Shown here piece by piece: positions 36,358 to 44,692 of a DNA stretch of 64,000 nt. Position numbers and translations under genes: made by a program. The stretch spans positions 12,225 through 76,224 of the forward strand of contig CADADB010000013.1 in NCBI GenBank assembly GCA_902786595.1, in the 5' to 3' direction. The notes below the pieces were generated by a model. That model did no database searches. It saw only the letters and a program-made list of their open reading frames with translations, and had not been told where the DNA came from. The first letter of the stretch is position 1. Each line of letters begins with the position of its first letter. Source of the stretch: an uncultured Bacteroidota bacterium. GTDB lineage: Bacteria > Bacteroidota > Bacteroidia > Bacteroidales > WCHB1-69.

Positions 36358-37286
36358 AACGAACCATTTCCATTTTCTTACTAATTTCCCTCTTTTTTAA
36401 CCTCTTTGCGCAAGAAAAAGAGACTTATCTTTATGCGGTAAAGGACACTTCTAAGCTATATATGGATGTCTATGCGCCAAAAGTACAGAACGAGCAGCAG
36501 GGCTGCCTGTTTTTCGTCTTCGGGGGTGGCTTCGTAGGCGGGAAACGTGACGACAACCAAGTGCAGAAAGTTAAGGATTACTATACGGACAAGGGCTATG
36601 TGGTCATCGCCATCGACTACCGATTGGGTATGCGCGGCCAGTCAAACTATTCGGCACTAATTGCCCTGAAAAAATTCGAAGCGGCCATTTACATGGCTGC
36701 TGAAGATCTTATCTCCGCACTGGATTATACCCTGAAAAACCTAACCGACACGAAAAAATACAAAATCAACCCGAAGAACATCCTGGTGATGGGCAGCAGT
36801 GCAGGGGCCATCACTGCCCTGCAGGCCGACTATGCGATGTGTAACGGGTATCTGAACAGCAACATTCTACCTGCCAATTTCCGCCTGGCCGGGGTCATTT
36901 CATACGCCGGAGCGATATTCTCCACTCAAGGAAAGCCAAAGTACAAAAACTGCGCTCCCGCTCCCACTTTGTTCTGCCACGGCACGAAAGACCATTTAGT
37001 AAATTACAAGAAGACCCAGATTGCCAACATCGGCTTTTTCGGATCTGATGCCATCGCCAAGCAGTTTAAGAAAAACAGTTATAGCTACCATATCCGCCGC
37101 TATCCGGGCCTCGGTCATCAGGTGGCCGGCATCTATAACAACGAATTTGCCTTTATCGACCAGTTTATCAACGAACAGGTCTTTTCAAACAACTGCATCC
37201 AAATTGACGAAACTTATTACAACGCAAGCATCGAGCCAAAATGGATGAAATTGCGGGTCCGCGACCTTAAGAAAGTGGAACAGTAG
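36354..37286 (+). CDS. Secreted alpha/beta-hydrolase (esterase/lipase)
   Basis: Signal peptide, the oxyanion region FVFGGGFVGG, and the nucleophile elbow GSSAGA. It overlaps the upstream gene by 4 nt (ATGA). Confidence 0.75.
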   Translation: MKRTISIFLLISLFFNLFAQEKETYLYAVKDTSKLYMDVYAPKVQNEQQGCLFFVFGGGFVGGKRDDNQVQKVKDYYTDKGYVVIAIDYRLGMRGQSNYSALIALKKFEAAIYMAAEDLISALDYTLKNLTDTKKYKINPKNILVMGSSAGAITALQADYAMCNGYLNSNILPANFRLAGVISYAGAIFSTQGKPKYKNCAPAPTLFCHGTKDHLVNYKKTQIANIGFFGSDAIAKQFKKNSYSYHIRRYPGLGHQVAGIYNNEFAFIDQFINEQVFSNNCIQIDETYYNASIEPKWMKLRVRDLKKVEQ

Positions 37287-37297
37287 CTAACAGCCAA

Positions 37298-40225
37298 CTA
37301 CTTCACCAACGTCACCGTACCGAGGTACTCCTTATCCTCTTCGTTGAGGTTAATTAACTGGATTTTGTAAACATACACTCCTTCGGGGCACATTTGGCCA
37401 TACTTGTTGCGGCCGTCCCAGTAGTCGTAAGGATTCTTGGTGGAGAAAATCAGCATGCCGGAACGGTCGAAAATCTGCATGGAATAATGGTCGGGATCCA
37501 CGCCTTCGCCTTTCGGGGCAAATGTCTCGTTCATACCATCACCATCCGGAGTGAAAGCATTGGGTATATAGAAGAAATACGGCACTGATACCGACACACG
37601 CGCCTTGGCAGAATCCACACAGCCAAATGAATCGACAGCCGTCAGGGTGATGGTATAGAAGCCAGATCTCACATAGTCGTGGGTAGGATCATCCACATCC
37701 TGGATGATGTTGACATTGGATGCCGCATCGCCAAAGTTCCAGAACAAATGGTAATAGTCCTCCTGGGAAGTGTTGGAGCAATGCACCGTGCCTATTCCGT
37801 TCTCCACAAAGATCTCTGTCGGGGAGGCAATAAAGGTAGGAACGGGCAACGGCATGACGACAACCGTGAACGTGTCCGTGACGATGCAGTTGCCTTCCAT
37901 TGTGGCAGACACGACGTATTCCTTTGTGACCTGCGGCGTTATCGTTATGGTAGAAGTAGTTTGGCCCGTGTTCCAATGGAAATTATTGGATGTGGGGTGT
38001 GTGGCCGTGAGAACGTAGGAATCCCCCAAGCAGATGGAGTCTATATCCAAATCGGTATCCATTCCTGTGATAGTAGGAAGCTGCAAGTCAGTGACCTTCA
38101 CCTGCACGGTATCATGCTGGGTGCAACCGTTTTCGAAAGTTACGGTAAGTGAGTAGGTCCTGGTCTGAAGCGGGGCAACGGTATCAATAGCCAGCGTATC
38201 ACCGGTACTCCATTGATAACTCATAGGAGAAACGCCCAATGAGGCATCATAACTCATGGTGAGGGAAACGGAATCGCCAGGGCAAACCGGCACATTGCCA
38301 TTGCTGCTAGCCAGTGAAATCTTAGGAATGTTCACATTGATGATGGTGGTGTCATAGAGTACAATCACGTCACCCACAGCATTCGTGTACCTATATTCGG
38401 AAATGTACCTTGTGGTGTCTGACGGACTCACCGTGACCACGCGGTTTTTGGCGTGGGGGTCATAGCTGATAATATTTGACTCCGCCACAGAATTCTCATA
38501 CCATGTGAGTTCCCCGTTCTCATCCAAAGGCGTTATAGGGGTGAACCTCCAAGCTTCGTTATCGATAGACCAACTGGACATGTCGCGGCCCGGAGCCAAC
38601 AAAATCTGCGACGAGGTGGTGTTCTGCAGACCAATGACACCTTCGCCGTGAGGATTCGTAGTGGCGCAACATTTCCTGTGCTTCACATATACGTCAATGA
38701 TATTCGTTCCTTCATAAAGCACCATTTGATAAGTATTGTAATTTTCGTGTGGCAATTGATTATTGGAAGACACCAATCCATATAAGCCCACATTCAAATA
38801 ATTGAACACAAATGCCCTACAAGGATACTGTCCTAACACCCCCACTCTAACATTACCTTGGCCAAGACCGTCGTTTTTATTGGTGTAATAACGGCAGTCT
38901 ATATCCTCATACACGCCATAAACGCAATTCTTATAGACATAAGGATTGGCCGAATAGGGCGGCGTGGTGGAGGGTGCAGAATAAGAATATGTACAACCGC
39001 CAGATTGGGGAGTCATGGAAATCAACCCGTTCGTCCCAGGATAAACGGTGGTATAAGGTTTTCCGAAGAAAATGAACGTGAAAGGAAGCTGCACTCCCGA
39101 CAACCAACTGTCGTCAGAAGATGCTCCGATAGAGGTTCCTTCATTGTAGGCAAAAAGCATATTTTCCTCATCATACGGAATCTGCTCCACCTTATAGTCA
39201 CTGGTATATTGACCAGTGGCAATAACGCCGGCTTGGAGCAACACCACCGGATTCGAACAGTCGAACTCAATCACTTTCGGGTTGGGGGAATTGGCATAAA
39301 TTCCGCCAGGGGTATTGGTGACTGAAGGACAAGGATTACCGTCTTCGCTCTCAAACAGCTCAGGCACGCAAGTGATTTCCGCCTTCCATCCGGGCTTGCT
39401 GGCATCACCTGTACCGCTTACATAGACAAACGAAAGCGTACTGGTGGAAGAGAAAAGTGTAGGCGGTTTGTTCCCTGTGGTATTATCCAGCGTTGAAGTG
39501 CAAAACTGACCGATGAGTCGCTTGTTTGGGTCATAATACTGGCCGTCATAGATTTTCAGCACGCCATTGACATTGAATTGGGTGAACTCGCATTTGATAT
39601 GTGTCCCTATCGGGGAGGTGAATTCCGTAAAATTATTGGCAGGGTTTGTATTGATGTTTCCAGTAGGTCCACCAGAATCATAAAAGTAGGCGTTACAGGT
39701 AACCCATGTTGTCCCCTCCCCGTAATTGATTTCCATTGTCTGGGGATCGTAGGCATACACCTGGGCTCTCCAGCCGTCCCTCAAACCGGGAATATCCACC
39801 GAATCGGATTTAAAGACAAATGTCATGGCTCTACCCGAGGCAAACAATTCACCGGGAGAGTTCACCATATTATATACTCCCAAGAGGTGGTCCACGTCAA
39901 TATTCGATGCATCACCATCATAAATCCATAAAGTATCTCCTTCGCTCATGGCAAACTCCTCAAATAACACATATAGCCATGTATTTTGCACACCCGTTCG
40001 CAAAGTCATGGTTTCATGCAATCCTTGCGCAAAATAGCCGTCAGGGTCATTGTTGTCTCCAGGATAACCCGGCACTCCGCCCGGGTCGTAGAAAAATCTT
40101 GGCTGATCGTCAATATCCATCACCAGCGGAGCGGATCCCATAATAATAACATCTTGAGCGACAAGCTTTTGCCCAGCAATCAACAAAAATAGCAGTATGC
40201 TTAATTTGAGCGTCTGTTTCATCAT
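37298..40225 (-). CDS. Very large secreted protein: two CUB-like domains, Ig/PKD-like repeats, T9SS type-B C-terminal sorting domain
   Basis: Signal peptide MMKQTLKLSILLFLLIAGQKLVAQ. CUB-like segments: FFYDPGG...LWIYDG...GWRAQV and YFYDSGGP...LKIYDG...GWKAEI. PKD motif WNFGDAAS. C-terminus FFYIPNAFTPDGDGMNETFAP...GVYVYKIQL...GTVTLVK. Confidence 0.8.
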   Translation of the reverse strand: MMKQTLKLSILLFLLIAGQKLVAQDVIIMGSAPLVMDIDDQPRFFYDPGGVPGYPGDNNDPDGYFAQGLHETMTLRTGVQNTWLYVLFEEFAMSEGDTLWIYDGDASNIDVDHLLGVYNMVNSPGELFASGRAMTFVFKSDSVDIPGLRDGWRAQVYAYDPQTMEINYGEGTTWVTCNAYFYDSGGPTGNINTNPANNFTEFTSPIGTHIKCEFTQFNVNGVLKIYDGQYYDPNKRLIGQFCTSTLDNTTGNKPPTLFSSTSTLSFVYVSGTGDASKPGWKAEITCVPELFESEDGNPCPSVTNTPGGIYANSPNPKVIEFDCSNPVVLLQAGVIATGQYTSDYKVEQIPYDEENMLFAYNEGTSIGASSDDSWLSGVQLPFTFIFFGKPYTTVYPGTNGLISMTPQSGGCTYSYSAPSTTPPYSANPYVYKNCVYGVYEDIDCRYYTNKNDGLGQGNVRVGVLGQYPCRAFVFNYLNVGLYGLVSSNNQLPHENYNTYQMVLYEGTNIIDVYVKHRKCCATTNPHGEGVIGLQNTTSSQILLAPGRDMSSWSIDNEAWRFTPITPLDENGELTWYENSVAESNIISYDPHAKNRVVTVSPSDTTRYISEYRYTNAVGDVIVLYDTTIINVNIPKISLASSNGNVPVCPGDSVSLTMSYDASLGVSPMSYQWSTGDTLAIDTVAPLQTRTYSLTVTFENGCTQHDTVQVKVTDLQLPTITGMDTDLDIDSICLGDSYVLTATHPTSNNFHWNTGQTTSTITITPQVTKEYVVSATMEGNCIVTDTFTVVVMPLPVPTFIASPTEIFVENGIGTVHCSNTSQEDYYHLFWNFGDAASNVNIIQDVDDPTHDYVRSGFYTITLTAVDSFGCVDSAKARVSVSVPYFFYIPNAFTPDGDGMNETFAPKGEGVDPDHYSMQIFDRSGMLIFSTKNPYDYWDGRNKYGQMCPEGVYVYKIQLINLNEEDKEYLGTVTLVK

Positions 40226-40382
40226 TTTTTGTAAATTTGTTTTTATATAACGTATAAGCAGGGGAATTGTTACAGTGGAAACGAATTATTTGCGTCTCGC
40301 TATTTAAGGTCTGTAGATTACCATTTACAGATGACATTTCGAAAAAAAATTTTAGACAGTGCCTTTCGATTTGAAAAAAGTG

Positions 40383-40390
40383 TATTTTTG
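40383..40390 (+). promoter_or_regulatory. -7 box (TATTTTTG) for tRNA-Pro
   Basis: tatttttg lies 16 nt upstream of the mature tRNA 5' end. Confidence 0.6.
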
Positions 40391-40405
40391 CAGCCGCAAA
40401 TCGGA

Positions 40406-40478
40406 CGGGGTGTGGCGCAGTTGGTAGCGCGCTACGTTCGGGACGTAGAGGCCGGAAGTTCGAGTCTTCTCACCCCGA
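40406..40478 (+). tRNA. tRNA-Pro (anticodon CGG)
   Basis: Folded by hand into a cloverleaf: acceptor cggggtg/caccccg, D arm gcgc/gcgc, anticodon stem ctacg/cgtag with loop ttCGGga (G37), variable loop aggcc, T arm ggaag-ttcgagt-cttct, discriminator A. 73 nt; CCA is not encoded. Confidence 0.9.
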
Positions 40479-40485
40479 CATTTTT

Positions 40486-40517
40486 GTAGAGACGCAATAC
40501 GTTGCGTCTCTACTTTT
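40486..40517 (+). terminator. Terminator hairpin after tRNA-Pro (GTAGAGACG palindrome, copy B)
   Basis: gtagagacgcaa-tacg-ttgcgtctctac, a 12-bp stem followed by tttt. Confidence 0.75.
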
Positions 40518-40547
40518 GTTTAAAAAATGTATCTTTCCTCTGAAATT

Positions 40548-40575
40548 GTAGAGACGTTTCATGAAACGTCTCTAC
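40548..40575. repeat. GTAGAGACG...CGTCTCTAC palindrome, copy C (perfect 28-bp palindrome)
   Basis: gtagagacgtttcatgaaacgtctctac, 35 nt after copy B. Confidence 0.85.
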
Positions 40576-40615
40576 AGCGTCAATTTCATCTGTCTGTGTG
40601 TATTCGTATTTTGTG

Positions 40616-40623
40616 TACATTTG
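40616..40623 (+). promoter_or_regulatory. -7 box (TACATTTG) for the MORN-repeat gene
   Basis: tacatttg at 40616-40623, 20 nt upstream of ATG 40643. Confidence 0.55.
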
Positions 40624-40642
40624 CACCCCAAAATCGGAAATT

Positions 40643-41311
40643 ATGACCAGACTATATAATACATTGGTTGTTGCTATTATCGCGTTGCTTTGTGTCGGCT
40701 GCTCGCACACGGAAACCACCTATTACCCCAACGGCAAAACGCAGTCCGTTATCCAATACAGGGGAAAGAAAGAACACGGCAAGACCGTCTATTACTACCA
40801 ACGCCCCAACACAGTGGAAATCGAGGTGGAAATGAAAAACGGGAGACGCAACGGGGAATTCCGCCGCTATTTCCGCAACGGACTCCTGGACACCTACTGC
40901 GTCTATGTGAACGATTCTATCGAAGGATTGGAAGTGATGTACGCGGCCAACGGCTGCAAAAGCCAGGAGTACACCTACGTCCACGGCAGGAAAACCGGTC
41001 CCCACAAAGCATATCACCTTGACGGCAGTCTTAAGACTGAAGGCGGGTTCAACAACGATCTTTTCGACGGACCTTGGAACTATTATGACGAACGGGGCGT
41101 CCTGGTCGGGGAAGGCCAATTCAAAGACGGCAACGGAGAAGTGACCTTCTACGACAAAAACGGCCTCAAATCGAGAACCACCCACTACAAAAACAACAAA
41201 AAAGACGGCCCGGAAGTCTATTACACCCCTTCGGGCGAGATATCCCGCCAAATCATATTCAAAGAAGACCGCATTGTCAGCGACAAGACTGACTCCACAT
41301 TGCTGAAATAA
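40643..41311 (+). CDS. MORN-repeat (YwqK-like) lipoprotein
   Basis: Start moved to ATG 40643 (MTRLYNTLVVAIIALLCVGC). It carries repeated YYPNGK / G.W..Y...G MORN-variant units. Confidence 0.7.
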   Translation: MTRLYNTLVVAIIALLCVGCSHTETTYYPNGKTQSVIQYRGKKEHGKTVYYYQRPNTVEIEVEMKNGRRNGEFRRYFRNGLLDTYCVYVNDSIEGLEVMYAANGCKSQEYTYVHGRKTGPHKAYHLDGSLKTEGGFNNDLFDGPWNYYDERGVLVGEGQFKDGNGEVTFYDKNGLKSRTTHYKNNKKDGPEVYYTPSGEISRQIIFKEDRIVSDKTDSTLLK

Positions 41312-41312
41312 C

Positions 41313-42848
41313 ATGAAGCGATTTTTCGTCATAGTTGCCGTTCTCTCGCTGTGTGTCTGCAACCTGCACGGCCAAAAAAACCGCAAAATTCTCTATAGGG
41401 CGGACATGGGATATTATGACGAAGAGGTCCTCTCGGGCGCAAACCGACTTGTCGGCAACGTGAAGTTCGCCCATGACAACGTGGTGGGCTACTGTGACAG
41501 CGCCTATCTTTATGACGCAGATAATTATATCCTCGCGTTCGGCAACCCCGTGCGAATCATCATCAGCGACTCCGTCATCCTGTACGGGCGACGCGCCTAC
41601 TATGACGGCAACATCCGCCAAGCATCCATCGCCGAAAAAGTCAAATTGGAAAATGGAAAGTCTTTCTTGCTGACAGACAGTCTTTTCTACGATCTCAACA
41701 TCGACTGCGGTTCCTATACCACCGGTGCCAGCATCTACAGCGAGGAGGATACTATGACCAGTGTCATCGGAAAATATTACACCTCAACCGATGACGCCTA
41801 TCTCCACCAAGATGTCCAGCTTCGCAGCAGCAGCTACGTGATGAATTGCGATTCGCTACGCTACAACGTCTCCCAAAAAACCGCCTATTTCATCTCCCCT
41901 ACTCATCTTGTAAGCGAGGAAAACACAATATACACCGAACACGGTTTCTATAACACCAACTCCGACTTTTCCATCCTGCATGGCAACGTCGTCCTGACAG
42001 GAGACAACCAAACACTCTACGCTGACAGTCTCTATTATGACAAAGGCCTGCACTTCGGAAAAGCTTGGAATAATGCCAAATACATTGACTCTACCAACAA
42101 TTTCATCCTCCAAGGCAACTATCTCGAGCATTATGAAAAAGGGGGCACTTCCATTGCCACCGACAGCAATTTAGTCATCTATATTGACGACAATAATGAC
42201 ACCCTGTTCCTGCACTGCGACACCCTGAAAGTCGATTTCGACACGGCCTCCAATCCCACCCTTCTGCGCGCCTACTACCATACCAAATTCCGTCACAAGA
42301 ACATCCAAGGGGCCTGTGACTCTATGAGTTATAATGTCAACGACTCCATCATGATGATGTATTTCAACCCCGTGTTTTGGTCCGACAACTACCAGCTTTC
42401 CGGCGACACCGTGCGCTTCATCATCCTGGATTCCGTAAATTCTACCATTGAGCTGTGCAAATCCGGGTTTATTGTGGGTGGCCTATTTGAAGATTCTGAA
42501 TTCAACCAGATTAAAGGATTGAATATCAAAGGGTTTTTGAAGGATAAAGATTTGCAACGAGTAGATATAATCGGGAATGCCGAATGCATCTACTACATCC
42601 AAGAAGAGGACAGCTCGCTAATCGGAATCAACACCTCTATTACCAGCGAAATGCGCATTTATCTGGACAGCAATCGAATACAACAAATCCGGTATTTCGA
42701 TGCCCCAAACGGGCAGATTCATCCAGACGAGCAATTCGATAATAAAGAGCGAAAATTACAAGGATTCCGCTGGATGGACGCGTACCGCCCCCGGAAGACA
42801 GAAGATCTTTTCGTGATGCCCGTGCCCCACGACGTAATTGATAATTGA
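41313..42848 (+). CDS. OstA-like (LptD N-terminal-like) periplasmic protein
   Basis: Signal peptide, plus repeated beta-jellyroll-like segments (LVGNVKFAHDNVVGYCDSAYLYDADN, LHGNVVLTGDNQTLYADSLYYD). Confidence 0.6.
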   Translation: MKRFFVIVAVLSLCVCNLHGQKNRKILYRADMGYYDEEVLSGANRLVGNVKFAHDNVVGYCDSAYLYDADNYILAFGNPVRIIISDSVILYGRRAYYDGNIRQASIAEKVKLENGKSFLLTDSLFYDLNIDCGSYTTGASIYSEEDTMTSVIGKYYTSTDDAYLHQDVQLRSSSYVMNCDSLRYNVSQKTAYFISPTHLVSEENTIYTEHGFYNTNSDFSILHGNVVLTGDNQTLYADSLYYDKGLHFGKAWNNAKYIDSTNNFILQGNYLEHYEKGGTSIATDSNLVIYIDDNNDTLFLHCDTLKVDFDTASNPTLLRAYYHTKFRHKNIQGACDSMSYNVNDSIMMMYFNPVFWSDNYQLSGDTVRFIILDSVNSTIELCKSGFIVGGLFEDSEFNQIKGLNIKGFLKDKDLQRVDIIGNAECIYYIQEEDSSLIGINTSITSEMRIYLDSNRIQQIRYFDAPNGQIHPDEQFDNKERKLQGFRWMDAYRPRKTEDLFVMPVPHDVIDN

Positions 42849-42851
42849 CAA

Positions 42852-44633
42852 TTGAAAGACACATCAGAACATATTCGATTGATACTCAAATCCTTGCCAG
42901 AGAAGCCAGGGGTTTACCGCTTTTACGACGATAAAGGCACGGTGATTTATGTCGGGAAGGCCAAGCGATTGAAGCGACGAGTCTCCTCCTATTTCAACAA
43001 AGATCACGATTCCGCCAAGGTGAGGATGCTGGTGACAAAAATCCGCGACATTCAAACCGTGGTGGTGGACACCGAATGGGATGCGCTGCTTCTCGAGAAC
43101 AGCATGATCAAGCAATTCAAGCCGAAATACAATATCATGCTGAAGGACGACAAGACCTACCCTTGGATAGCGGTTACGAAAGAGCCGTTTGCACGGGTGT
43201 TCCCTACACGCCGCCCCGATGCCGCGAAGATGCACCTTTTCGGGCCCTACTCCTCCGTGAAACAGATGAACGTGCTGCTGGACCTCATCAACGAAATGTT
43301 TCCACTTCGTAACTGCAAGATATTGAAGAACAACGAACGTCCTTGCATGCAATATCAAATCAAGAAATGCGCCGCGCCATGCTGCGGACTTATTACAGAG
43401 GAGAAGTATCAGCAGAATATCGAGCAAGCTATACAAATCATCAAAGGAAACCGCAAGGAGGTAATCCGTCAGCTGAAAGAGGAGATGATGCAATACGCTG
43501 ATGAATGGAAATTCGAACAGGCGGCGGAAGTGAAGCACAAAATCGAAGCTTTGGAGAACTTCATCGGCAAGTCGGTGGTGGTGAACCCATCGCTGACAGA
43601 CATGGATGTTTTCGGTATGGAAGAAGAAGACAACTGCGCGTATGTCAGCTTCTTACGTGTGGTTGACGGCGCAGTGGTTCAGGCACACACACTGGAAATC
43701 GACAACCAAATGGAGATGTCGCGGGAAGATGCACTTTGGGCCGGCATACTGGAAATCCAAGAACGTCTGAACGGTCTCTCTCCCACCCTGTTGGTGCCCT
43801 TTACGCCCGCGCTTGCACCCGAAGGTTGGGACATTCAAGTGCCGCAACGAGGCGACAAGCGCAAGCTGCTAGAGCTGGCGATACACAACGCCCATTTCTA
43901 TCTGTTGGAAAAGAAAAAACGTCAAGATCTGGTGGACCCCAACCGTCGCAACCAACGCGTCCTGCTGGCGCTGCAGGAGGCGCTGGGGATGAAGACTCTG
44001 CCGCGCCGTATCGAATGCTTCGACAACTCCAACACACAAGGCGAGGAGCCCGTGGCCGCCATGAGCTGCTTCATCGACGGGAAACCCGCCAAGAAGGAAT
44101 ACCGCCACTTCAACATCAAGACCGTGGTCGGCGCCGACGATTTCGCCTCTATGGAGGAGGTCATTTACCGCCGCTACCATCGACTGCTGGAGGAGGAAAA
44201 ACCTCTTCCCGACCTCGTGGTCATTGACGGCGGCAAAGGACAGCTCCACGCCGCATGGAACGCCATCCAAGCCCTCCACATCGAAGACCGACTCATGATG
44301 GTGGGCATCGCCAAACGTCTGGAAGACATCTACAAAGTAGGCGATGACCTGCCTGTCTATATCGACAAACGTTCCGAAGCACAGAAACTGCTGCAGCATG
44401 TGCGCGATGAAGTACACCGGTTCGGCATCACCCATCACCGCAAACGCCGCGGCAAAACCAGCATCGCCTCTATTCTGGACAATGCACCCGGCATTGGCAA
44501 TATTCTAAAAACCAAACTGTTGAGAGAGTTCAAGAGTGTCTCGAAAATCAAAACCGCCTCCGAAGCCGAACTCGCCGCCGTCATCGGCCCGAAGAAAGCC
44601 GCTGATCTCAAAAAATATCTTTGTGAGCAATGA
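42852..44633 (+). CDS. uvrC: Excinuclease ABC subunit C
   Basis: GIY-YIG domain (PGVYRFYDDKGTVIYVGKAKRLKRRVSSYF), a UVR domain, and the endonuclease/HhH C-terminus. The only possible start is TTG 42852: an in-frame TGA sits at 42846-42848 and there is no in-frame ATG before the GIY-YIG motif. Confidence 0.95.
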   Translation: MKDTSEHIRLILKSLPEKPGVYRFYDDKGTVIYVGKAKRLKRRVSSYFNKDHDSAKVRMLVTKIRDIQTVVVDTEWDALLLENSMIKQFKPKYNIMLKDDKTYPWIAVTKEPFARVFPTRRPDAAKMHLFGPYSSVKQMNVLLDLINEMFPLRNCKILKNNERPCMQYQIKKCAAPCCGLITEEKYQQNIEQAIQIIKGNRKEVIRQLKEEMMQYADEWKFEQAAEVKHKIEALENFIGKSVVVNPSLTDMDVFGMEEEDNCAYVSFLRVVDGAVVQAHTLEIDNQMEMSREDALWAGILEIQERLNGLSPTLLVPFTPALAPEGWDIQVPQRGDKRKLLELAIHNAHFYLLEKKKRQDLVDPNRRNQRVLLALQEALGMKTLPRRIECFDNSNTQGEEPVAAMSCFIDGKPAKKEYRHFNIKTVVGADDFASMEEVIYRRYHRLLEEEKPLPDLVVIDGGKGQLHAAWNAIQALHIEDRLMMVGIAKRLEDIYKVGDDLPVYIDKRSEAQKLLQHVRDEVHRFGITHHRKRRGKTSIASILDNAPGIGNILKTKLLREFKSVSKIKTASEAELAAVIGPKKAADLKKYLCEQ

Positions 44634-44660
44634 CCCCGACATATCTATAATCCTCTTATC

Positions 44661-44685
44661 ATCGCAAACCGCAAATCGCAAACCG
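44661..44685 (+). repeat. Heptanucleotide tandem array (AYCGCAA x 3.5)
   Basis: atcgcaa accgcaa atcgcaa accg. It shares the word cgcaaaccg with the 3' arm of the terminator at 9076-9089. Confidence 0.8.
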
Positions 44686-44692
44686 TATTATC

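Noticed and set aside
40521-40540. A promoter-like tgtatctttcc sequence between the two palindromes after tRNA-Pro.
   Set aside because: It ends in TTTC rather than the conserved TTTG, and no gene follows before the better box at 40616-40623.
40643-41311. The MORN-repeat protein as a YwqK-type antitoxin/immunity gene of a polymorphic toxin locus.
   Set aside because: There is no toxin-like gene next to it, and it has a lipoprotein signal. I kept only the MORN-repeat description.
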